A stretch of 64,000 bases of DNA from sequence record OQ992561.1. One strand, written 5' to 3'. The number at the start of each line of letters is the position of its first letter. Positions within the stretch are counted from its first letter, which is position 1. Under the pieces are notes generated by a model. It had not been told where the DNA came from and did not search any database. It worked only from the letters and a program-made list of their open reading frames with translations. Below, piece by piece: positions 9,875-18,688 of this stretch. A program made the position numbers and the translations under genes.

Positions 9875-9894
9875 AGAGGACCTTCGGGTCCTCT
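9875..9894 (+). terminator. UUCG hairpin terminator
   Basis: AGAGGACC-TTCG-GGTCCTCT-TTTT. Confidence 0.8.
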
Positions 9895-9954
9895 TTTTAA
9901 CCGACTGGACGGTTAAAACTAGGTGGGATAAATTAAACTATTTGAGGAAATCTA

Positions 9955-10062
9955 ATGCAACTTAGTAATGAACTTTTCTATGTGGGTATGGTAGCTGTAT
10001 CAATGTCAATCGGTATGCTATTTAGCTATATTTATCACACTCATAAGAAAAAATATAAATAA
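9955..10062 (+). CDS. 35-aa membrane peptide, not in ORF track
   Basis: GAGGA RBS; [35 protein letters not shown]. Confidence 0.6.
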   Translation: MQLSNELFYVGMVAVSMSIGMLFSYIYHTHKKKYK

Positions 10063-10071
10063 AGTCATAAA

Positions 10072-10091
10072 CCCTCTCCCAAAGGAGAGGG
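10072..10091 (+). terminator. hairpin terminator
   Basis: CCCTCTCC-CAAA-GGAGAGGG-CTTTT. Confidence 0.75.
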
Positions 10092-10107
10092 CTTTTACAT
10101 TAAATTT

Positions 10108-10136
10108 TTTTTGAAATCTATATTACACTAATACAA
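10108..10136 (+). promoter_or_regulatory. early promoter
   Basis: TATATTAC at 10119-10126 after terminator. Confidence 0.7.
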
Positions 10137-10165
10137 CATTAAACTATTAAATAGGTAATTAAAAA

Positions 10166-10540
10166 ATGAATGAAAATATTAAACGCTCATTTATTGGTAT
10201 GCCACTGTCTATCAATATTGGTAAAGATATTGATTTATCAATGTATGAACGAATTGTATTTGTATCACAAGTAGATAAAAATGATATAAAATACTTTGTT
10301 TATAAATTAAATAAATCCAAATTTAAACATGAACCAAATGTAGTTAATTACGCCGAAACAGATAAGGATATTATTATTTATCCCCCGCTTGATTTCATTC
10401 AGACAATTAATGAATATTATCGAGTATCATTGGAAAATGAATTTATGTGTCATCCTGTTATTCTAAAAGCAGATGATAGTAATAATCAAGAAGTATTTTT
10501 GAAAACTATTAAAATGGTACATGAGTATGTCGATGAATAA
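10166..10540 (+). CDS. hypothetical protein
   Basis: 124-aa ORF. Confidence 0.7.
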   Translation: MNENIKRSFIGMPLSINIGKDIDLSMYERIVFVSQVDKNDIKYFVYKLNKSKFKHEPNVVNYAETDKDIIIYPPLDFIQTINEYYRVSLENEFMCHPVILKADDSNNQEVFLKTIKMVHEYVDE

Positions 10541-10988
10541 CTGCGCATTTATTAATTTAAGGCAACGTTTAGTTAATGATAAACTAACCTATGTGATTCA
10601 TCCCATAGTGAAGGTTTATGATTTCACTAGAAAGGCTATTAGACAATTAACTGATTTTGCTATTTTAGATAGTTATAACTTCCCAGAGGAAACTTCCAAT
10701 ATTAGTGTTCAGCCAACTATCACAGATGATACTAATAATAGAAATTCTTTGATACATCTTGGGGTTATAGAAGAGCCTGATTTTGGACCAACTAGATTAT
10801 ACGCCATCTTAGATAGAGAAATCAAAGATGATTCTAATCTAATTGAAACAACTGATGATGGCTGGTATACATTGGATGAGTTAATTCTAGTTGAAGACGA
10901 TATGGATGAATTCGCGCGACTTATTGTTCAGTACTTGCGAACTATTCCGAGGAAGCCACAATGGTTAACTTCGACAAAAGATGTTTAG
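10521..10988 (+). CDS. hypothetical protein, possibly degenerate Nudix-fold
   Basis: IHLGV and GWYTLDEL..DEFARLI resemble COG4112-type Nudix proteins; Nudix box not intact. Confidence 0.45.
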   Translation: MSMSMNNCAFINLRQRLVNDKLTYVIHPIVKVYDFTRKAIRQLTDFAILDSYNFPEETSNISVQPTITDDTNNRNSLIHLGVIEEPDFGPTRLYAILDREIKDDSNLIETTDDGWYTLDELILVEDDMDEFARLIVQYLRTIPRKPQWLTSTKDV

Positions 10989-11191
10989 AAATAGAGCCTA
11001 ATCAGTTAGGTTATGTATTTACAAAGATCGGTTGGGAAATATGTGTTACTATTGGCATACGACATATATGTGCTAAAACCTATTATACAGTGTATTCACT
11101 TAATGATAAATGCATTTATTACATTGAGCATTCAGCGCAATTTACTAAACGCATAAAACCAAACTATATACAAAGGTTTCATGTTCTATGA
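10961..11191 (+). CDS. hypothetical protein (start uncertain)
   Basis: Fills gap and overlaps both neighbours. Confidence 0.45.
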   Translation: MVNFDKRCLEIEPNQLGYVFTKIGWEICVTIGIRHICAKTYYTVYSLNDKCIYYIEHSAQFTKRIKPNYIQRFHVL

Positions 11192-11874
11192 TCAATACAA
11201 CCGATAAAACTATAGTTGGTATAGGATTTGAAACAAAGGTTTCAGATTCACCGATTGAACAACCTGTAAAGAAAACTAAGACTCCTAAGATAAATAAACA
11301 AAAAGAATGGGAGAAAGTAGATGATCCGAGAGAATATACAAAAGAGGAACAAACTTCTCTCTTTGTAAATTGGCTTCAAAGCACACGTAATTACTGGCAT
11401 AAACAGTATACCGATACTCAAAATACAGATAAGGCACTATCTATCAGAGATATGCTTGATGGATTTATATATAGCATCGCAGCTGGCCTAGATGGCAATG
11501 ATCCAAATATACCCGGATTCAAACTTATACCTAATGTTACTCAAGAGGATATTGACTACCTAATAAGTATTGGTGAGAATTATTGGCCAGTAAACCCAGT
11601 TGAAAATTTAAAAGATAATATCCGTGCAAAGTGTGATGCAGTTGATATTTCTGGTAATCTACGTTATCAAGTTTCTAAGACATTTACGGAACCTTTCAAA
11701 GGACCACATGCACTATTGAACCATTTCCTTAGTTTAGCAGGTGAGAAACCTGTTAAGTATTACTCGGGTAATTTTACGCAAGAGCAACTTGCTATGTTAG
11801 TAGAAAAAGCTAAAGAAAAAGCGGAAAAGATACAATCACAAATAGCTGATGATATCAGTCGAATAATGCGTTAA
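11188..11874 (+). CDS. hypothetical protein, paralog of 11919-12293
   Basis: LDGN.P..PGFKLIP...GENYWP...DISGNLR. Confidence 0.75.
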   Translation: MINTTDKTIVGIGFETKVSDSPIEQPVKKTKTPKINKQKEWEKVDDPREYTKEEQTSLFVNWLQSTRNYWHKQYTDTQNTDKALSIRDMLDGFIYSIAAGLDGNDPNIPGFKLIPNVTQEDIDYLISIGENYWPVNPVENLKDNIRAKCDAVDISGNLRYQVSKTFTEPFKGPHALLNHFLSLAGEKPVKYYSGNFTQEQLAMLVEKAKEKAEKIQSQIADDISRIMR

Positions 11875-11918
11875 TGAACTAATAAATTTATAAGCTACTG
11901 ATAACAAGGTATGTAATT

Positions 11919-12293
11919 ATGATCTATTTTGAAGGCGATGGTAATGTTAAACCTGTAACACAGGAACAAGTTAAAGAACTATTTATTAGTAGTGTTGTCA
12001 ATATGCGTGATAATGCTATCAATAACTCTAAACTTGATCAATTTACAGAGCCAGCTGATCGGGACAGGGCTGTAGCAGATAGTGTCATTACAGGCATGCT
12101 AGATATACTAGATGGCAATAATGACGATTGCCCAGCGTTTCATTTAATTCCAGCAGTTGGTGAGGAAGAATATTTAGCGGCTGTAGAAGCAGGTGCTGAT
12201 TATATCCCTTATGATGATGGTAGTGATAATTATCAACCATTAGATTTAGCTGGTGAACTACGAGATTATTTTATCTTTGTTAATAGGGGTTAA
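11919..12293 (+). CDS. hypothetical protein, paralog of 11188-11874
   Basis: LDGN...PAFHLIP...GADYIP...DLAGELR. Confidence 0.75.
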   Translation: MIYFEGDGNVKPVTQEQVKELFISSVVNMRDNAINNSKLDQFTEPADRDRAVADSVITGMLDILDGNNDDCPAFHLIPAVGEEEYLAAVEAGADYIPYDDGSDNYQPLDLAGELRDYFIFVNRG

Positions 12294-12295
12294 TA

Positions 12296-12730
12296 ATGGC
12301 TGATATAGTAATTGCACTAATCCTGTCAGCAATTATTGTTTATCTAATTAATATTTTTAAACACCCAAAAATAATTTATGCCAATAGTGTAAATGATAAT
12401 GTCTTCATTGTTACTGGTTGCTCTTATATATCTGAAAATAATGAAGATGGTACATTAACAACTTTTTCACCTAAATTAAATAATAGGTTAATAATTGATT
12501 TAACTAAAGGTCAACCCAATAAAGACTTTTATATTTCAGTATTAGATAACACACTTAAATTCCATCACACTGTTGATGAAATCATCACAGCTAATAAATG
12601 GGAAGCTTTATTTAAAATTAGCATAACCAAAGAGGATGTGTGTATCTCAGGAATGTCTCTTAAAAATAAACACATTAAATGTAATTTACACTGGGTTATA
12701 GTACCAGGTAAAATGGCGAATAAATTGTAA
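12296..12730 (+). CDS. membrane-anchored hypothetical protein
   Basis: N-terminal TM segment. Confidence 0.7.
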   Translation: MADIVIALILSAIIVYLINIFKHPKIIYANSVNDNVFIVTGCSYISENNEDGTLTTFSPKLNNRLIIDLTKGQPNKDFYISVLDNTLKFHHTVDEIITANKWEALFKISITKEDVCISGMSLKNKHIKCNLHWVIVPGKMANKL

Positions 12731-12743
12731 TAGTTATTATATT

Positions 12744-12764
12744 GCCCTCCCATTGCGGGAGGGC
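12744..12764 (+). terminator. hairpin terminator (repeat family)
   Basis: GCCCTCCC-ATTGC-GGGAGGGC-TT. Confidence 0.75.
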
Positions 12765-12782
12765 TTATATTTTATTTTTTTG

Positions 12783-12820
12783 TATTTAAAGCATTTTAAA
12801 CAGTATATTACAAATGTGAT
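12783..12820 (+). promoter_or_regulatory. early promoter
   Basis: TATTTAAAGCATTTTAAACAG-TATATTAC-AAATGTGAT; core at 12804-12811. Confidence 0.8.
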
Positions 12821-12854
12821 AAAACTATCTAAATTTCAAATAGGTAAATCAATT

Positions 12855-13214
12855 ATGTTGGATTATGCTTTGGAAAAGTGTCGCGAGATCCCTTATGTAA
12901 AACATCGTCAACGTGTTTATTCAGTCATTACTGATAAGCGTGGCAGGATTATTAGTGAAAGCCAAAATATGTATGGTAAAACACATCCTGTTCAGAAACG
13001 TTATTCTCTAAAAGCAGGATTGTCTGATCTACGTTGTGAGATGCATAGTGAGTTGCGTTCTATCATCCTCTCCAAAGGAAAAGGATATAGGATCTATGTT
13101 GCGCGGGTCGGTGCTGATGGCAGGCCATTGGATGCGTATCCGTGCCCCACTTGTCAGATGGCAATTAATGACCATGGTAAATTAAAAGAGGTAATTGTAT
13201 CTATTGGTAAATAA
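12855..13214 (+). CDS. Zn-dependent cytidine/dCMP-deaminase-fold protein
   Basis: HSE...PCPTC motif; start taken at ATG 12855 after the promoter. Confidence 0.7.
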   Translation: MLDYALEKCREIPYVKHRQRVYSVITDKRGRIISESQNMYGKTHPVQKRYSLKAGLSDLRCEMHSELRSIILSKGKGYRIYVARVGADGRPLDAYPCPTCQMAINDHGKLKEVIVSIGK

Positions 13215-13267
13215 TAAACCATCAAAACGCGTATTAAAATTTATTTAACTCACGGGGAACTGATACG

Positions 13268-13612
13268 ATGACTCTTGGTATTTCAAAATCTCTTTTGGAA
13301 AATGCAATCAAAACTCTTCAAATAGAAACTGGCAATTGCTCTATTCCGACCAAAAATGAAATTCATGCAATGTTGGTTGAACGGCAAGCCAATGAAGTCT
13401 GTGCGGGTATTCGGAGAAAGATGCTTGAAGACCTACCTGGTTTCAACAACTTCCATTTTATTCGCAGTTATGAAATTGTTGTCGAACATAAGGATGAAAT
13501 TGCTCCATCTGTAATGAAGGTTGTTAAAGCACGATTGCGTGAAGCGGGCTGGAGAAAAGTCGTGTTCGGTGAGCACGATTGCGGTATTACAAAGATTAGG
13601 ATTAAGCTATGA
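13268..13612 (+). CDS. hypothetical protein
   Basis: 114-aa ORF, GGGGA RBS. Confidence 0.7.
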   Translation: MTLGISKSLLENAIKTLQIETGNCSIPTKNEIHAMLVERQANEVCAGIRRKMLEDLPGFNNFHFIRSYEIVVEHKDEIAPSVMKVVKARLREAGWRKVVFGEHDCGITKIRIKL

Positions 13613-13657
13613 AAAATACACGCTTAGTTGAAGTTGCTGAACATGCATATTGCCTGA

Positions 13658-14032
13658 TTGGTGGACTTCCTAAACCAGAAGAAATGGATGAAGCAGAAAA
13701 AAGAGTATTGGGCATCTGTACCAAGTGAGGATATTAAATTAGCTTCATATTGGAAAATGGTTCAACCACCACTATATGCCCTAGTGATGAAATATAGTGG
13801 AATTGATTACGAAAGATTTTATCCTTATCCTGGTGGTCCTTCTCTTAACACTGACGAGCTAAAGACTTTCAGGCTCAATGATATCGATGAAGGTGCGCTT
13901 ATTTGGCGTGATGTCTGCATTACTTGGTATAAACGACCAGGACGGTGTATGTGTGTTTCACGCGACATCGCAGATGATGAACTCGTGCAACTTGAACAGG
14001 AACTCATTAAAGCTATCGCAAAACCGAAATAA
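13658..14032 (+). CDS. hypothetical protein (start uncertain)
   Basis: ORF track; an alternative 39-aa ORF at 13609-13728 overlaps its 5' part. Confidence 0.55.
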   Translation: MVDFLNQKKWMKQKKEYWASVPSEDIKLASYWKMVQPPLYALVMKYSGIDYERFYPYPGGPSLNTDELKTFRLNDIDEGALIWRDVCITWYKRPGRCMCVSRDIADDELVQLEQELIKAIAKPK

Positions 14033-14083
14033 CTTATAAAAGAAGTTTAACAGATTTTTAATCCAACTAAAAGGAAATTGTAA

Positions 14084-14317
14084 ATGCAACATGTAACTGT
14101 AAAAACTATGAACTCTGGACTGAAAGTCATTGATCTGGATGGTATCCGACTCAAAGACAAAAATATTATCCAGCTACGTTCTATTATGAATCACGATGCA
14201 GCAAAGCAATCGTCAGCTTTTATGCATCACGATAGCCAGTTCAATAATGTACGTATTGAATTTTGGCGCGAACCATCAGCGCGAATTATCTCGCTGATTA
14301 AAGATGCGGTCGCATGA
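14084..14317 (+). CDS. hypothetical protein
   Basis: AAGGA RBS; GCGGTC-GCAT-GACCGC-TTTC hairpin overlaps the stop. Confidence 0.7.
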   Translation: MQHVTVKTMNSGLKVIDLDGIRLKDKNIIQLRSIMNHDAAKQSSAFMHHDSQFNNVRIEFWREPSARIISLIKDAVA

Positions 14318-14344
14318 CCGCTTTCTTTTAAGAAGGTAACTAAT

Positions 14345-14623
14345 ATGTCTATCTCTGATGTAGTATATGAAGCCGCTGTCAAAAGTGGTGTTAGTCTTGA
14401 ACACCTTGGTAAAGAAGAGCCTATTCTAAAAATTCGCTCTGTTAAAGAAAGTGATGGATGGGATATCATCCTCTATTATCCTGGTAAGATTACCAAGACT
14501 GTGAAACTACTATCAAGCGATGTAGCTGGGTCAGATGCATCAAAGTTTATTGAACATGTATTTGGAGATGTTCAATTTGCTAAAGAAGCAGTACGCAATG
14601 CTGAAGGCATTGTAATAAAATAA
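14345..14623 (+). CDS. hypothetical protein
   Basis: 92-aa ORF, AAGG RBS. Confidence 0.7.
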   Translation: MSISDVVYEAAVKSGVSLEHLGKEEPILKIRSVKESDGWDIILYYPGKITKTVKLLSSDVAGSDASKFIEHVFGDVQFAKEAVRNAEGIVIK

Positions 14624-14649
14624 TCAATCTGGAAAAAAAGGAAATATAA

Positions 14650-15069
14650 ATGTATATTGATGAAAAGTACTGGGCTCATTCTGTAAAAGCTATGGATAAC
14701 AAACATCCAGTTTTGATGAATGTGCATGGTCTTCATTGGTGTTCACCGTCTTTGGTTAATTGGAGCCTAACTGCCGTCAAACGCGATGGATCACTTTCAT
14801 CAAAAGAAGTGTTTGATATCACTAGCAAATATACCAGCCATCTCATTGATCATGAAGTTAAAATCGTTAATGATCAATTGGTCTACCTGATCAAAAATAA
14901 TCTGATTAGTGGCATTACTGAGCTTGATGATGGTTTCTTTGTATTTGCAAATATTGATGGCGAGTCATGGTCCATGCATGTTGTAATTGAATGCTTGATG
15001 GAACATGAAGAAAATTGGGAAAAACTCGCTGCCGTTAAGTGCAATGAGTTGACCATTTCTGCATTCTAA
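14650..15069 (+). CDS. hypothetical protein
   Basis: 139-aa ORF, AAGGA RBS. Confidence 0.75.
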   Translation: MYIDEKYWAHSVKAMDNKHPVLMNVHGLHWCSPSLVNWSLTAVKRDGSLSSKEVFDITSKYTSHLIDHEVKIVNDQLVYLIKNNLISGITELDDGFFVFANIDGESWSMHVVIECLMEHEENWEKLAAVKCNELTISAF

Positions 15070-15083
15070 TTAATTATGAAAAT

Positions 15084-15101
15084 GGGGGTCTTTGGACCCC
15101 C
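15084..15101 (+). terminator. hairpin, probable terminator
   Basis: GGGGGTC-TTTG-GACCCCC. Confidence 0.6.
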
Positions 15102-15147
15102 TATCTATTTAATAGAATGAAACTAATCTTAATAATGGTGAATACTA

Positions 15148-15444
15148 ATGAATAAATATTACCATTTGAAGAAGCAGAAGGATGCTACATGGACAATTGA
15201 ATTTTTAGGAAAGATGCGTAATTTTAAATTCAACCATGTAACTAAACATAATAATAGTTGGATTAGCATGGGTATTGAAGGTTATCCAGCACTTAAATTT
15301 AACTGTGATGGATTTGGTAGATTAGAAAGTATTCAACCTATTGATGATGATTTAACCATCGATGAGATATTTATTCCATGTAAGCATTCTGTTTCGCAGT
15401 GTATCGATATAACAACACTTTATATGGGTGGTCAATGTGACTGA
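15148..15444 (+). CDS. hypothetical protein
   Basis: 98-aa ORF. Confidence 0.65.
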   Translation: MNKYYHLKKQKDATWTIEFLGKMRNFKFNHVTKHNNSWISMGIEGYPALKFNCDGFGRLESIQPIDDDLTIDEIFIPCKHSVSQCIDITTLYMGGQCD

Positions 15445-15874
15445 GATAATATTAGTTATTTTATCATTGTTTGTTCTTTCAGTCATAACCGGCTATTGTA
15501 TAACCCGGTTAGAGAAAACCGAGGATATAACTTACTATGTTAAATCAATTACGTATTACTTAGGTAAACATGATACTACGGTTTTCGATAGTGACCCTAA
15601 GGTAGTTCAGTTAGATAATCCAATAAAGTTAATCTTCACAAATGAACCAGTTCAAATAAAAACTCTTTTCTTTGATCTAGATAAAGAAGAACTGTATCTT
15701 GATCATCCTGGGTATGCATGTATTGTAATGCGTGTTATTTTCTTTTTAAATTATCACAATCAACAAAAACTTATTGGCTATTCAGATGAGTATTACCATG
15801 ATAATGAATATGTTGATAGTGAGTCTGATATGGTTATAAAAAAGATTGGTGTGGAATGCTATATGGGTCTATAG
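15428..15874 (+). CDS. membrane-anchored hypothetical protein
   Basis: N-terminal TM segment. Confidence 0.65.
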   Translation: MVNVTEIILVILSLFVLSVITGYCITRLEKTEDITYYVKSITYYLGKHDTTVFDSDPKVVQLDNPIKLIFTNEPVQIKTLFFDLDKEELYLDHPGYACIVMRVIFFLNYHNQQKLIGYSDEYYHDNEYVDSESDMVIKKIGVECYMGL

Positions 15875-15910
15875 TGGTCAATTTTATAGACCTTCAATCA
15901 GGAGTTAATA

Positions 15911-16342
15911 ATGAGTGTTCTACAACCGCTAGGAAGTTTCCCAGTATATAAGAAAACTAATGGTGAAACTCGATTTCTATTAGACCATGATGTTGCTATC
16001 AGTATGGTTACAACTGAGCAAGGTAGTTTTATGACAGCTCCATTGAAAGCAGATGGGGTAGAGTTTAATCTATCTGAAGTCTTTGGTGATTATAAAAAAT
16101 TTGATAATGTGATTGTAGATAAACTCTACTATCGTGATTTATCTGGTAAAATGCGGTCAAAGGTAGTGCCAACTATCCCTCAGCTTTATAAAGACATGGC
16201 TGTATTCAAAAGTGGTTATACCACTAAAATAAATAATCTCCGTTGGGGTTATTGTTTAACTATTAAAAATGATGGTACTGCAAAAATTTGGACAGATGAC
16301 AATAGTCCTATTTGTGGTGTGTCAATTCGTTTCACAATGTAA
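15911..16342 (+). CDS. hypothetical protein
   Basis: AGGAG RBS. Confidence 0.75.
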   Translation: MSVLQPLGSFPVYKKTNGETRFLLDHDVAISMVTTEQGSFMTAPLKADGVEFNLSEVFGDYKKFDNVIVDKLYYRDLSGKMRSKVVPTIPQLYKDMAVFKSGYTTKINNLRWGYCLTIKNDGTAKIWTDDNSPICGVSIRFTM

Positions 16343-16352
16343 CGTCATAATG

Positions 16353-16370
16353 GCCTCCCTTCGGGGAGGC
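16353..16370 (+). terminator. UUCG hairpin terminator (repeat family)
   Basis: GCCTCCC-TTCG-GGGAGGC-TTTT. Confidence 0.8.
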
Positions 16371-16404
16371 TTTTATATCCTTTTATATAAACAGGTATAT
16401 TCAA

Positions 16405-16707
16405 ATGAAAATGAATGATAAGGTAATCAAATCGACTCAGTATATGTTGGATAATACTGATAAATTCATAAGTGCTGTTTTCTCTGGTGAGGATCGATAC
16501 ATTGATGCATGCGCTGGTCTGGTTGCTGCACATGGAGATAAAACTGAACAGTATCGTTATATCTGGGAAGAAGCTGGATTGGACTTTAACAAAGCCCAAG
16601 TAATATATTTTCTAACGTACACCAAATTACTAGGTGATACTCCTAAACATATGTCATGCCAATGGGTTATCGATAACTATAATAAATATAATAAACTATT
16701 ACCTTAA
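16405..16707 (+). CDS. hypothetical protein
   Basis: 100-aa ORF. Confidence 0.65.
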   Translation: MKMNDKVIKSTQYMLDNTDKFISAVFSGEDRYIDACAGLVAAHGDKTEQYRYIWEEAGLDFNKAQVIYFLTYTKLLGDTPKHMSCQWVIDNYNKYNKLLP

Positions 16708-16792
16708 TACGGGGTAATAGTTTATTATAATAAAATTTAAAGTTATATAACAACCATGCCAAATAAAATAAATATTATCTGAGGTATCACAA

Positions 16793-16945
16793 ATGGAAGG
16801 AATGAAATATGTAGCATTGTTTTTAGTTATAGCGGTTTTAGGTAGTACGCTAATTGGTATTAATAAAATTATCAATATAGGTGATATCGATGGATACCGA
16901 TCAGAAAAAGAAAGAATCACCGAAATTCAATCCTATCATAAATAG
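16793..16945 (+). CDS. 50-aa membrane peptide, not in ORF track
   Basis: GAGGT RBS; MEGMKYVALFLVIAVLGSTLIG... Confidence 0.6.
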   Translation: MEGMKYVALFLVIAVLGSTLIGINKIINIGDIDGYRSEKERITEIQSYHK

Positions 16946-17001
16946 CATCTTTAACAAGTCATGGCTGACTGAAGAGAAGAGTTGTAAAGAGGTAAAAAGA
17001 A

Positions 17002-17304
17002 ATGAGTTCAACAGTGAGCTGTCTAGCAAACGCGCTAGCTAATGGTATTAGTCTTATCGCTAAGAATAAAGTTCAAGTTGGTATGATTCTACAAGCAACA
17101 CAGGATATTTGGATCATGCGTACTTGTAAAAAGAATGGTTATCTAGAATGGAAGTTTGCCGATGAAGGAGATGACCTAACTGTATTAGGCGTTGATGAAG
17201 GTAATCCCGAAGGCGGCTTTAGAGTTTTAAATGCCGACAATTATAATCAAATTGAAACTGTACAATGTACAGATATGGATGATATTCTTCACGCATATAA
17301 CTGA
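17002..17304 (+). CDS. hypothetical protein (SH3-like pattern possible)
   Basis: GAGGT RBS. Confidence 0.7.
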   Translation: MSSTVSCLANALANGISLIAKNKVQVGMILQATQDIWIMRTCKKNGYLEWKFADEGDDLTVLGVDEGNPEGGFRVLNADNYNQIETVQCTDMDDILHAYN

Positions 17305-17312
17305 GGTGGTAT

Positions 17313-17525
17313 ATGTCAAATTCATTTAAAGCCGGTGACAAAGTTGTAGTCAATACAGATATTATTAATAGCACCGGTGAATGCGGTTATGATCTTACAC
17401 TATGTAAAGCTGGTACTGTAGTTATAATCGAATCTGTTAATGGAGACCATCTGTTAGTTTATCCATCTAATAGTGGTCCTAGTAATGGGTTTTATGTTCA
17501 TCTACATCAGGTTAATGCACAATGA
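17313..17525 (+). CDS. small SH3/KOW-like protein
   Basis: FKAGDKVVV...KAGTVVIIESV pattern. Confidence 0.6.
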   Translation: MSNSFKAGDKVVVNTDIINSTGECGYDLTLCKAGTVVIIESVNGDHLLVYPSNSGPSNGFYVHLHQVNAQ

Positions 17526-17899
17526 AACTTGAATGCGTAAGAGATACTGCACAGATCCTCTATAGTAAAAGAGCTTTTATAAAAGGTAATTATATTGGTA
17601 GCGAATATCATATTTACCAATTACTAACCCATCTTCATCATCGTATCGTTAATGCGCTTATTGAAATATATGATGATGATTCACTAGCTGATGTGCTAAA
17701 TAAAAGTCCTGATGATATTATCATCATGTTCTCTAAACATGCGACTAATGCGTATCAGCATTACAAAGTTCTTCGCCAAAATATAAATGCTAAGATTGAA
17801 GAAGTAAATGCATCACGAAATAGGTATACCCTGTGGTCTAACTTAGTAGAGGATATTCTTAAGTTTAGACTATATTGCAGTAAACTAAAGGTGGGTTGA
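17522..17899 (+). CDS. hypothetical protein
   Basis: ATGA overlap with upstream stop. Confidence 0.7.
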   Translation: MKLECVRDTAQILYSKRAFIKGNYIGSEYHIYQLLTHLHHRIVNALIEIYDDDSLADVLNKSPDDIIIMFSKHATNAYQHYKVLRQNINAKIEEVNASRNRYTLWSNLVEDILKFRLYCSKLKVG

Positions 17900-17900
17900 G

Positions 17901-18263
17901 ATGATTGAATTTAATGCGACTGAAGTGGAAATGCTTGTTAAAACAGTTACTGGTGATTTATTTAACATCACCTATGGCGCACATCCTGCTGAAATTAATT
18001 GGATGCTTAAAGCAGATGTTGCAATGTTGGATGCATGGTTTGCTAAGGTTTATCAGTTTGGTATGTCAAAGCAAATCCCATATGCCAGTATCCCATTTAC
18101 CAATCTAGTGGATGTGTCAATTGAGTGGCTATTCCAATACATGGCCAATCTGGCAGCTAACCTAGGTGATTTTGAAGAGGTCCAAGAACCTATTTTCAAT
18201 ATCATCAATAAGATCCATTCAATGTGGTTAGTTTATGATAAGTATTCATGGACTGGTAGCTAA
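17901..18263 (+). CDS. hypothetical protein
   Basis: 120-aa ORF. Confidence 0.7.
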   Translation: MIEFNATEVEMLVKTVTGDLFNITYGAHPAEINWMLKADVAMLDAWFAKVYQFGMSKQIPYASIPFTNLVDVSIEWLFQYMANLAANLGDFEEVQEPIFNIINKIHSMWLVYDKYSWTGS

Positions 18264-18306
18264 TACTTGACCGTCCAATTAGATAGTTATAGGACGGGAA
18301 TTAACC

Positions 18307-18642
18307 ATGTTTATAGTTGATGATAAGTGTTATAGTTGGTCAAGTACTTCGCACGGTCGTGGGAAAAGAAGCGAAATAGTTGGAGCAGGTGTTTATGTTA
18401 TTGAACACATTGCAACTGGGAAGTATTTGGTAGGGCTTTCAAAGACTGTTAGTAATGAAGTTGATAAACATATCGCTGCATTACGTAATAATAGTCATCA
18501 AAATAAGGCAATGTTAGGTTTAGTACATCGGGACATGGATTTACGTTTATTAGAATATCCCATTAGCAAGGTTAGTGATCAGAGAGCACTTATTGCTAAG
18601 ATCCGAGCCACTACTGAACCTAAATATCTAATGCTTAATTAG
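18307..18642 (+). CDS. GIY-YIG-like domain protein, catalytically degenerate
   Basis: GVYVIEHIATGKYLVGLS...H...NSHQN pattern. Confidence 0.6.
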   Translation: MFIVDDKCYSWSSTSHGRGKRSEIVGAGVYVIEHIATGKYLVGLSKTVSNEVDKHIAALRNNSHQNKAMLGLVHRDMDLRLLEYPISKVSDQRALIAKIRATTEPKYLMLN

Positions 18643-18660
18643 GGAGGGTAATACCTCCCT
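18641..18660 (+). terminator. hairpin terminator
   Basis: AGGGAGG-GTAATA-CCTCCCT-TTTT. Confidence 0.7.
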
Positions 18661-18688
18661 TTTTTATACAGATAAAAGGAAATATACA

